Of a DNA stretch of 32,000 bases, positions 24,611 to 32,000 are shown piece by piece. Under the pieces are notes generated by a model. That model saw nothing but the letters and a program-made list of their open reading frames with translations. It was not told where the DNA came from and searched no databases. Origin of the DNA: Candidatus Hadarchaeales archaeon (GTDB lineage Archaea; Hadarchaeota; Hadarchaeia; Hadarchaeales; Hadarchaeaceae); the NCBI GenBank assembly GCA_038823825.1, contig JAWBCC010000002.1, positions 30,001-62,000 of the forward strand, written 5' to 3'. Position numbers and translations under genes: made by a program. The first letter of the stretch is position 1. Each line of letters starts with the position of its first letter.

Positions 24611-26602
24611 ATGACTTATGAAGCAAAAAATAAGGTTGATGAGATGAGCAAGCAGTGGGTGGTTGAGGACGAACATAATAAAGACATCTTCTGGCCGTCA
24701 GAGGCGATGAAAAAGAAAGCGTGGGTTTCCGATCCATCGATTTACGAGGAGGCTGCTAAGGATCCCATAAAATTTTGGGAAGAAAAGGCAATTGAAGGTC
24801 TAGAGTGGTTCAAAAAGTGGGACGAAGCATATAGGTGGGACCCACCCTATGTCAAGTGGTTTATCGGAGGGAAAATAAATGCTTCATATAACGCACTCGA
24901 CAGACATTTGAAAGCTGGAAAAGGTAATAAAAAAGCGATAATCTGGGTTCCTGAGCCTCCCCAAGAACCCCCTAGAATTCTAACCTATAAAGAACTCCAC
25001 GAGCAAGTGAACAAGCTGGCCAACGTTCTGAAATCTTTGGGAGTGAAAAAGGGCGACCGTGTCGGAATATACATGCCAATGATCCCGGAAGTCATAGTAA
25101 GTATGCTCGCCTGTGCAAGAATTGGTGCTCCCCACAGCGTTGTTTTCTCCGCCTTCGCTGCAGACGCGCTGCGTGTGAGACTGGAGGATTCCGGCGCAGA
25201 AGTTCTGATCACGGCCGACGGTTACTATCGCCGGGGGAAAGTCGTGAACCTAAAGGCTAATGCTGACGAAGGGATAAAGGGGACCTCCGTCAAGAAGGTG
25301 ATTGTTGTCAAACGGGCGGGGAACCCTGTCAACATGGTTGAGGGTAGAGATTTCTGGTGGCATGAGCTCATGGAGAAAGCGGATTCTCACTGCCCGCCCG
25401 AAGAGATGGATGCCGAAGATATGCTCTTCATTCTTTACACGAGCGGGACTACGGGAAGACCGAAAGGGGTAATGCATACAACAGGAGGATATCTTGTGCA
25501 GGCATACTGGACGGCAAAGTGGGTCTTCGATTTGCATGATGATGACATCTTCTGGTGCACGGCTGATATGGGATGGATAACCGGACACACATACGCTTGC
25601 TACGGTCCGCTCCTGAATGCTGCAACGATTCTAATCTATGAGGGGGCTCCTGATTATCCAGCACCAGATCGATGGTGGGAAATAATCGAAAAATATAAAG
25701 TAACGATATTCTACACTGCTCCGACAGCCATCAGAATGTTCATGAGGATGGGTGACGAATGGCCGGCCAAGCACGACCTGAGCAGTCTGCGTTTGCTTGG
25801 AACAGTTGGTGAACCCATCGACAGGGATGCCTGGATGTGGTACTTCAAGGTCATCGGAAATGGGAGATGTCCGATAACTGACACTTGGTGGCAGACTGAA
25901 ACCGGGGGGACCTTAATAATGTCTCTTCCTGGAATCGGACCTTTTATACCTGCAGTAGCCGGTTTACCTTTCCCAGGAGTCTCGGCTGACGTTGTTGATG
26001 AGGAGGGTAAACCGCTGAAGGAGGGAGAAAGCGGATACCTCGTTCTCATTCCACCGATTCCACCGGGAATGCTCCGCGGGCTCTACAAGGCGGACGAAAA
26101 GTATAGAGAAACCTACTGGAGCAAATATCATAACAGATATTACTTCACCGGTGATGGGGCGAGAAAGCTTCCGAATGGATGCATACGAGTGACCGGTAGA
26201 GTCGATGACGTTATGAAGGTAGCCGGCCACAGACTCTCGACCGCGGAGTTGGAAGACATCCTGAATCTTCATGAGGCGGTGGTCGAGAGTGCTGTGATAG
26301 CCAAACCACACGAGATAAAGGGAGAAGTTCCGGTTGCTTTCGTTATCTTAAAACAGGGTTATCGGGCGGGTGAAGATCTCGTGAAAGAACTGATAAAGCA
26401 CATCGATGCAAGGATGGGACCAATCGCTAGACCTGAAAAGATATACTTCGTCGAAGACCTGCCAAAAACGAGGAGCGGTAAAATCATGCGTAGGATTCTT
26501 AAGGCTTTGCTTGTCAACGAACCGATTGGAGACACGACGACTCTTCTCAATCCTGAAGTTGTTGAAAATCTCAAAAAAATTATCGGTTACAAAGCCGGTT
26601 GA
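24611..26602 (+). CDS. acs: Acetyl-CoA synthetase (AMP-forming)
   Basis: A 663-aa ORF with the AMP-binding signature YTSGTTGRPKG, plus WWQTETGG, YFTGDGARK and LPKTRSGKIMRR. The start could instead be the ATG at 24644. Confidence 0.9.
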   Translation: MTYEAKNKVDEMSKQWVVEDEHNKDIFWPSEAMKKKAWVSDPSIYEEAAKDPIKFWEEKAIEGLEWFKKWDEAYRWDPPYVKWFIGGKINASYNALDRHLKAGKGNKKAIIWVPEPPQEPPRILTYKELHEQVNKLANVLKSLGVKKGDRVGIYMPMIPEVIVSMLACARIGAPHSVVFSAFAADALRVRLEDSGAEVLITADGYYRRGKVVNLKANADEGIKGTSVKKVIVVKRAGNPVNMVEGRDFWWHELMEKADSHCPPEEMDAEDMLFILYTSGTTGRPKGVMHTTGGYLVQAYWTAKWVFDLHDDDIFWCTADMGWITGHTYACYGPLLNAATILIYEGAPDYPAPDRWWEIIEKYKVTIFYTAPTAIRMFMRMGDEWPAKHDLSSLRLLGTVGEPIDRDAWMWYFKVIGNGRCPITDTWWQTETGGTLIMSLPGIGPFIPAVAGLPFPGVSADVVDEEGKPLKEGESGYLVLIPPIPPGMLRGLYKADEKYRETYWSKYHNRYYFTGDGARKLPNGCIRVTGRVDDVMKVAGHRLSTAELEDILNLHEAVVESAVIAKPHEIKGEVPVAFVILKQGYRAGEDLVKELIKHIDARMGPIARPEKIYFVEDLPKTRSGKIMRRILKALLVNEPIGDTTTLLNPEVVENLKKIIGYKAG

Positions 26603-27146
26603 AGTTTGACTTCAAATTTTCGATCAAATCTCCGATTTCTGGAAACTTTTTGGCGTAGGGATCTAAATCCAAGAGCACTTGATTCCAGAGCTCAAGCATA
26701 CCATCAGAGAGGTTTCCACATTCTGCGTACCGCAAGGCCTGGAGAAGAATCGAAAGGTAATCTGCAGCATGCACCAGCTCTGCTTCAATCGACCTTTCCT
26801 CAACAAACTCTTTCCAGAGTTCAAGAAGTTCTTTCTCCTCCCCGAAAAGTTCCTCCGCCGCCCTAGTCTCCATTTCTTTTTTGTTTCTTCTGGATAGATA
26901 CTTCAGTCCGGGATATGGAAAATCTCCTACTAGACATTCGGGCATGTCATGAATCAGAGCCATCTTAACAGCTTTTTCTACGTTTACCTTTCTCCCAATC
27001 TTTTTTCCGAGAAGCATGACTATCGAAGCCACCTCGAAGGAATGTTGGGAGACATCCTCGACTTCGGCTAAGGATACCCCGGCTAGGAGCCAACCGGTTC
27101 GAGGAATCTCCTTGAGCTGATTGATCTTTTTGAGTAGCTCAATCAT
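26580..27146 (-). CDS. HD-domain phosphohydrolase (YfbR-like 5'-deoxynucleotidase family)
   Basis: IPRTGW, VSQHSFEVA and ALIHDMPECLVGD (H...HD...D metal ligands). The ORF track starts at 27173. The ATG at 27146 (MIELLKKINQLKEIPRTGW) fits the family N-terminus. Confidence 0.7.
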   Translation of the reverse strand: MIELLKKINQLKEIPRTGWLLAGVSLAEVEDVSQHSFEVASIVMLLGKKIGRKVNVEKAVKMALIHDMPECLVGDFPYPGLKYLSRRNKKEMETRAAEELFGEEKELLELWKEFVEERSIEAELVHAADYLSILLQALRYAECGNLSDGMLELWNQVLLDLDPYAKKFPEIGDLIENLKSNFNRLCNR

Positions 27147-27178
27147 CAGCTTACAATAACACTGAAACCTCATAAAAT

Positions 27179-28147
27179 ATGAGTATACACAGAATAATCG
27201 TGAGTAAAATGCTCGGAGAGAAAGTGAAAGACATCCAACTCAGGCCCGATATGGATGTGGACGAGCTCGTAAGAAAGATGAGGGCCTCAGGCGGTTTTGT
27301 GGCCAAGAAGCTCGGAGAAGCAGCTGATATTCTGACAGGGATGGTGAAAGACAGAGAGTGCGTGAAATTCTTATCCTTTCCGGCATGCATCGTTGCAACC
27401 GGTTGCCGCGGTGTCATTAGAACCCTGATCGAAAGAAAACTCGTTGACGTGGTGATAACGACTTGCGGGACGATTGATCACGACATTGCCAGAAATTGGT
27501 CAGACTACTATCACGGAGCCTTCGAAATGGACGATGCTTGGCTGAAGAAGCGGGGAATCCACAGACTCGGAAACGTTCTGATACCGCAGGAAAACTATGG
27601 TGAGCTCATAGAGGAAAAAGTTCAACCGATATTGGAGGAAATTTATGCAGCCGGCGTAAGAGAGATATCGACAAAAGAGCTCTGCTGGGAAATCGGGAAG
27701 AGGATGAAGAAATCCTCAATTTTATACTGGACTTGGAAAAACAAGATCCCGATTTATGTTCCTGGAATACTTGACGGAGCATTTGGAAGCCAACTTTGGA
27801 TTTTCTGGCAAGACCACAAGGATTTTCGAATAGAACTCATGAAGGATGAACAGGAACTCGCAGAGACTGTATTCTCGGCTAAGCGCACCGGAGCCCTCAT
27901 AATCGGAGGAGGGATAAGTAAACATCACACCATCTGGTGGAATTCGTTTAGGGGCGGACTTGATTATGCCATCTATTTGACGACCGCTGAGGAATACGAC
28001 GGAAGTCTTTCCGGGGCGAGACCAAGGGAAGCCGTCTCATGGGGGAAAATAAAAATCAAGGCAAGGAAAATCGTGGTTGAAGGGGACGCCACCGTAACCC
28101 TTCCAATTCTGACGCTCGCTTTGCTCAAGAGGTTAAAAAATGTTTAA
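27179..28147 (+). CDS. dys: Deoxyhypusine synthase
   Basis: A 322-aa ORF with TTCGTIDHD, IIGGGISKHH, and EAVSWGKI, which contains the catalytic-lysine region typical of DHS. Confidence 0.85.
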   Translation: MSIHRIIVSKMLGEKVKDIQLRPDMDVDELVRKMRASGGFVAKKLGEAADILTGMVKDRECVKFLSFPACIVATGCRGVIRTLIERKLVDVVITTCGTIDHDIARNWSDYYHGAFEMDDAWLKKRGIHRLGNVLIPQENYGELIEEKVQPILEEIYAAGVREISTKELCWEIGKRMKKSSILYWTWKNKIPIYVPGILDGAFGSQLWIFWQDHKDFRIELMKDEQELAETVFSAKRTGALIIGGGISKHHTIWWNSFRGGLDYAIYLTTAEEYDGSLSGARPREAVSWGKIKIKARKIVVEGDATVTLPILTLALLKRLKNV

Positions 28148-28181
28148 TAAGTTGACGGAGAAAATTGTGATGGAGGAAAGA

Positions 28182-28442
28182 ATGCAACCACAAAAGAGGC
28201 TCGTCGGAAAAGTTACCCACTATTTCACGAAGATAGGCGTGGGCGTGATAGAGCTCTCCGATGAATTGAAGGTCGGGGACAAAATCTCGATCGAAGGTGC
28301 CACGACAAATTTCCAGCAGACTGTCGAATCCATGCAAATAGAGCACAAACCTGTCGATAAGGCTGGACCTGGGCAATCGATAGGGCTGAAAGTGAAAGAT
28401 CGGGTGCGAGAGGGCGATTTGGTCTATAAGATCTTGGAGTGA
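28182..28442 (+). CDS. Stand-alone EF-Tu domain-2-like beta-barrel protein, function unknown
   Basis: The pattern GKVTHYFTKIGVGVIEL...LKVGDKISIEG...Q.V.SMQIEHKPVDKAGPGQSIGLKV...VREGDLVY matches the translation-factor domain II barrel. The longest ORF starts at 28140 and overlaps the dys stop. I prefer the ATG at 28182, which is preceded by GGAGG with a 5-nt spacer. Confidence 0.55.
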   Translation: MQPQKRLVGKVTHYFTKIGVGVIELSDELKVGDKISIEGATTNFQQTVESMQIEHKPVDKAGPGQSIGLKVKDRVREGDLVYKILE

Positions 28443-28443
28443 A

Positions 28444-29379
28444 CTAGATTCCGCTAGAACTTCCGAAGAGCTCCCAGCCAAAGACTTCTTTCATCACGGA
28501 ATAAGCGGCAGATGGTGGAATTATCCCTCTTTCTGTGATGATTAGGTCGACATATTCGGGAGGAGTGATGTCAAATGCCGGATTTCTCACCTTCAGACCG
28601 GGGAATTTTTTAATATCTATCACTTCCTCGGGATCCCTCTCCTCGATTTCGATCAACTCACCGATCAGAGTTCTCGGATGAAACTTGTATGTCTCCGCTG
28701 CGACAAAGAAGAGAACACGGGCCTCATGGGCTGCTAGCGCTATCTGAGAGGTTCCTATCTTGTTGACCACAGCGCCATTGGAAGCTATGCTATCCGCACC
28801 CACTATCACTTTGTCTATTTCCTTCATGATGAATCTAACAGCTGAATCTACTATCATCGTGGTCGGAACTCCAGCGGCGAGAAGTTGGCGGGCGCTCAGC
28901 CAGCCCTGAAGACGGGGGCGAGACTCCGTTACGAAAGCCTCTATCTTCTTTCCCTGCTTGAAAGCAGTTATTATTACAGAAAGAGCCGCTTGACTGTTAC
29001 AATGTGTTAAAACAACGTCACCATCCCGCAGTCTTTTGGCTCCTATCTCGCCTATCCTTTTCACGGCTTCGAGAGAGGATTTTATAAACTCCTCTGCTCT
29101 GTTCCTCACCGTTGTTCTAAGAACTGAAAGATCTTCTTCTTTTTTCAAACCACGAACTACGAATTGAATCGCGTTAGAAAGGGAGACCGCGGTTGGTCTG
29201 GTTGAGAGAAGAAGCCTGGATGCCTCCGAAATCTCCCGTATGAATTCTTCAGAATTTCTTGCTTTCGAACGTTCCGCGACAATCGCAAGAGCCCTGGCCG
29301 CCTCTCTGGCGATTTTTCCAGCTCCCCTTACCCTCATCGTCTTTATGTCCGATGCTATTTTTCTAACTTCTCTCAACAT
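28444..29379 (-). CDS. eIF-2B alpha/beta/delta-family protein (aIF-2BII / ribose-1,5-bisphosphate isomerase-like)
   Basis: A 311-aa ORF with N-terminus IKTMRVRGAGKIAREAARAL, VLTHCNS, VTESRP, and GADSIASNGAVVNKIGT. Its size and N-terminus fit the short e2b2 group rather than the longer MtnA. Confidence 0.7.
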   Translation of the reverse strand: MLREVRKIASDIKTMRVRGAGKIAREAARALAIVAERSKARNSEEFIREISEASRLLLSTRPTAVSLSNAIQFVVRGLKKEEDLSVLRTTVRNRAEEFIKSSLEAVKRIGEIGAKRLRDGDVVLTHCNSQAALSVIITAFKQGKKIEAFVTESRPRLQGWLSARQLLAAGVPTTMIVDSAVRFIMKEIDKVIVGADSIASNGAVVNKIGTSQIALAAHEARVLFFVAAETYKFHPRTLIGELIEIEERDPEEVIDIKKFPGLKVRNPAFDITPPEYVDLIITERGIIPPSAAYSVMKEVFGWELFGSSSGI

Positions 29380-29399
29380 ACAACCACCCTTTCGATTTC

Positions 29400-29639
29400 C
29401 TACGTTATATTCTTCATCATCGCCATTAGATGGTTTCGCAAAATCACAAAATCCGTCTTCCTGGTTTCATCCTCAGCAGATGTTATTCTCTTCTCAAGTC
29501 TCGTCAGAAAATCCGAAAAAGTCTCACTTTCGTCGAGGTCTTTCTTCACGCACTCAAGAAACTCCGACAAATACGTAACGTTCGGGAGAGCCAATTCGAT
29601 CGCTTCTTCAACGATTTTTCTATCTTGTCCTTTAAGCAT
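29400..29639 (-). CDS. Small acidic hypothetical protein
   Basis: The ORF track gives 29400..29690, which overlaps lrp by 46 nt. The ATG at 29639 (MLKGQDRKIVEEAIE) starts 5 nt after the lrp stop. Predicted helical, with no recognised family. Confidence 0.4.
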   Translation of the reverse strand: MLKGQDRKIVEEAIELALPNVTYLSEFLECVKKDLDESETFSDFLTRLEKRITSAEDETRKTDFVILRNHLMAMMKNIT

Positions 29640-29644
29640 GGATA

Positions 29645-30088
29645 TCACGGGGAAAACGGCTTTTCCTTGTAGGATTCCAACACCACCCAAGTAGAGACTC
29701 TGCGTGCCCCTTCCGAATGAAGGTTTTCCTTGATGAAGAGGTTCATTTCATCCATGTTGCCAAACCTCGCTTTGATAAGCAAAGAATCTTGACCGGTCAC
29801 CCTATGTATTTCTAAAACCTCATTCCGTTTTCCAAGCTTGGAGATGAGCGCTTCCATTTCGTTGGCTTCAACTTCGACTTGGATGAAAGCAAGTAATTCC
29901 GCCCCGCATTTTTTCGGATCGGTTAAAATAGTATATTGCTGGATTATGCCCAAACGCTCAAGTTTCTTCACCCTCCTCCTTGCACCAGGTAGGCTGAGAC
30001 CAACCTCTTTCGCTATTTCGTTCAGAGTTATTCTCGAATTTTTTGCAAGCATTCTCAGAATTCTCAAATCTACACTGTCTAACGTCAT
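29645..30088 (-). CDS. Lrp/AsnC-family transcriptional regulator
   Basis: N-terminal HTH LDSVDLRILRMLAKNSRITLNEIAKEVGLSLPGARRRVKKLERLGII followed by a RAM/ACT-like C-terminal domain. The ATG at 30088 is preferred. A GTG at 30097 would give a GTGA overlap with the gltX stop. Confidence 0.85.
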   Translation of the reverse strand: MTLDSVDLRILRMLAKNSRITLNEIAKEVGLSLPGARRRVKKLERLGIIQQYTILTDPKKCGAELLAFIQVEVEANEMEALISKLGKRNEVLEIHRVTGQDSLLIKARFGNMDEMNLFIKENLHSEGARRVSTWVVLESYKEKPFSP

Positions 30089-30093
30089 CCAAA

Positions 30094-31791
30094 TCACCTG
30101 TGAGTGAAAATAGCCAAGGGTCTCGGAGTGACTCTTTCTAGTCTTACGAATCCAAACCTCTCAAATTGAATTACCGCGCCAGGAGTAAGAGAAAGAACAG
30201 ACGGTTCTACAAATCCCGTTAGAATAGAGCCGTCCGGCATCAGAACGTCTAGCTCGGGTGCCCCTGCCGGGACCCAGTGAATTTTTTGAATTTCCGCCAC
30301 CTCCATTCCGGCAAAGTCTCCGACCAAACCCGATGGTTTCTTCTCGATCAATCGAACATTCATCAAATCCTTAAGTCTAAAAATCTCGCCTTCACGCATT
30401 TTTTCCACGTCTTCTCCGCAAACGAAGAAAACCATTCCTTCTTCTTCAATTCTGAGAGGGATTACTCTTTCACCTGCCTCTTCCCTGCTTGGATGTAGCC
30501 TGAGTCTTACTTCCCTTAGCTTCGGAGCTTCTCTAACAGTAAGCTTTACCGGATCATGGACAAAGAAGTATCTGTCGGAGATTTCGTCGACAAGCTTCCT
30601 GTTCGCAGCATAAAGCGTCTCCCAGCTCAGCTGAGAGTCGACAAGGGTGAGTCCTACATCGAGAATTATCCTCTTTATCGCCTCAGGTAGGAAGCCTCTT
30701 CTCCTAAGAGCCGCCAGTGTTGCCAGTCTCACATCATCATAACCCGAGAGTTTTCCTTCCCTAACTGCAAGAACGATTTGGGTTTTGCTCAACATCGTTC
30801 CTGGCATATTCAGTCTTCCATATTGGACGGCGGTTGGATAGCTCCAGCCGAGGTGTTCGTAAAGAGTTCTCTGACATTGCTCGTTCACTTCATGCTCCTT
30901 TCCGCGAAAGATATGTGTGATTCCCATCTCGTGATCGTCAATTGCAGCTGCAAAGTTGTAAAGCGGCCAAACCTTCCACTTTTCTCCAACCCTTGGATGA
31001 GGGATATCGACTATTCGGCATGCGGGCCAATCTCTCACAGCCGGATTTGGATGGGAAAGATCCGTTTTTATTCTGAGCACGGCGTCTCCTTCTTTTAGAT
31101 CGCCGGAAATCATCCTTTCCCAGAGCCTAAAGTTCCCCTCCGGACTTCGACCACGGCAGGAACATGCTCTCCCCGCATCTCTGAGTTTTTTGAAATCCTC
31201 CGGTCTGCACGTGCATACGTAGGCTTTTCCCTCTCCGATCAACTTCTCTGCGTAATCATAATACAGCGGAAGTCTATCGGACTGTATGTATTCTTCATCC
31301 CATCTCAGTCCGAGCCATCTCAAGTCATTCCTTATGAAATCGTACATATCGAGCTGAACTTTTTCAGGATTCGTGTCCTCAAACCTCAGTATGAATTTTC
31401 CATCATACTTCCTCGCATACTCGTAACTCAAAATGGCTGCTCGGGCATTTCCTAAGTGAAGAGGACCATTTGGATTGGGCGCAAACCTGGTTGTAACTTT
31501 GCCCTTCTCCGCCAAGGGTAACTCGGGAAGCTCCTTTTTCTTCTCCCTTTTCTCTTCTGGTGGTTTTATCTCGCCAAGCTTGCTCTTCTGTTCATCTAGA
31601 GAGAGAAAATTCACTTCCGTGACGACTTCCCTGACAACCTCTAATACTTCTCTCACTTTAGATTTCAGCTCCGGGAATTCCGCAAGTGCTTTTTTTATAA
31701 CTGCGGAAACGTCGGCTTTTCCACCATGTTCAACTGCGTTGAGCAGGGCGAGATTGAATATTTTGTCTCTAAGGTTTTCCATCTGCACCAT
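30094..31791 (-). CDS. gltX: Glutamyl-tRNA synthetase (archaeal/eukaryotic type)
   Basis: A 565-aa ORF with an N-terminal helical extension, HIGH-type PNPNGPLHLGNARAA, FILRFEDTNPE, and the class I GluRS/GlnRS-type body. Confidence 0.9.
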   Translation of the reverse strand: MVQMENLRDKIFNLALLNAVEHGGKADVSAVIKKALAEFPELKSKVREVLEVVREVVTEVNFLSLDEQKSKLGEIKPPEEKREKKKELPELPLAEKGKVTTRFAPNPNGPLHLGNARAAILSYEYARKYDGKFILRFEDTNPEKVQLDMYDFIRNDLRWLGLRWDEEYIQSDRLPLYYDYAEKLIGEGKAYVCTCRPEDFKKLRDAGRACSCRGRSPEGNFRLWERMISGDLKEGDAVLRIKTDLSHPNPAVRDWPACRIVDIPHPRVGEKWKVWPLYNFAAAIDDHEMGITHIFRGKEHEVNEQCQRTLYEHLGWSYPTAVQYGRLNMPGTMLSKTQIVLAVREGKLSGYDDVRLATLAALRRRGFLPEAIKRIILDVGLTLVDSQLSWETLYAANRKLVDEISDRYFFVHDPVKLTVREAPKLREVRLRLHPSREEAGERVIPLRIEEEGMVFFVCGEDVEKMREGEIFRLKDLMNVRLIEKKPSGLVGDFAGMEVAEIQKIHWVPAGAPELDVLMPDGSILTGFVEPSVLSLTPGAVIQFERFGFVRLERVTPRPLAIFTHR

Positions 31792-31829
31792 AATGAATGA
31801 GTTTTCTTAAGGAAAAGACCTTTTTCTGC

Positions 31830-32000
31830 TCAGATCGAGCGTGTTATAACGAAATCTGCAAGTGCGAGCAACGTTTCTTTTGCCCGACTATCGCGGATGA
31901 CCGAGAGCTCCTTTTTAGCCTCATCGACAAGCTCAAGCGCGAGCTTCGATGAATATTCGATCGCTCCACATTCTTCGAGCAGATTGATCACTTTCTCTAA
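31830..32000 (-). CDS. C-terminal fragment of a trans-polyprenyl diphosphate synthase (GGPP synthase-like); the 5' part lies outside the window
   Basis: My minus-strand translation gives LEKVINLLEECGAIEYSSKLALELVDEAKKELSVIRDSRAKETLLALADFVITRSI*. This is the typical C-terminal helix pair of IdsA/GGPPS-type enzymes (...A...L..L.DS.AKE.L..LA.F...R). Only 56 codons are visible. Confidence 0.5.
   Translation of the reverse strand, partial: LEKVINLLEECGAIEYSSKLALELVDEAKKELSVIRDSRAKETLLALADFVITRSI

Noticed and set aside
1-32000. A whole-window scan for CRISPR-like regularly spaced repeats, long inverted repeats or IS termini, and rRNA
   Set aside because: None was seen by eye. The only exact tandem repeat noted is the 9-mer TATA-like duplication at 17131..17148. 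A computational repeat search would be needed to exclude short dispersed repeats.

Overview
This window is almost entirely coding and reads as archaeal core genome, probably from a hyperthermophile. All protein names come from motif and family recognition by eye, because no database search was possible.

Lineage evidence: reverse gyrase, class I LysRS, aEF-2 with the diphthamide-site HRG motif, deoxyhypusine synthase, archaeal-type GluRS, and a short XPF nuclease without a helicase domain (more typical of Crenarchaeota/TACK-like lineages than Euryarchaeota).

I call about 36 protein genes and 2 tRNAs, Thr-GGU and Leu-CAG. Genes are packed tightly, with many 4-40 nt overlaps. Divergent spacers are only 32-56 bp and carry TATA-like boxes about 25-30 nt from the start codons, which suggests mostly leaderless first genes.

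I see no CRISPR array, transposase, integrase, prophage or defence island. I cannot point to a clear, self-contained novel multi-gene system.

The points most worth a second look are:
- The reverse gyrase reading frame breaks exactly inside the Toprim IVESPxKA motif, although both halves are otherwise intact.
- An A9 run splits a UPF0282-type metallo-beta-lactamase-fold gene.
- An overlapping S2P-protease / diglycine ubiquitin-like protein / TtuA-type tRNA thiolase operon sits at the window start, and a second TtuA paralogue lies 16 kb away.
- Several divergent gene pairs share a compact, apparently bidirectional promoter.
- Several uncharacterised small or DUF-type genes are embedded in translation-related operons.
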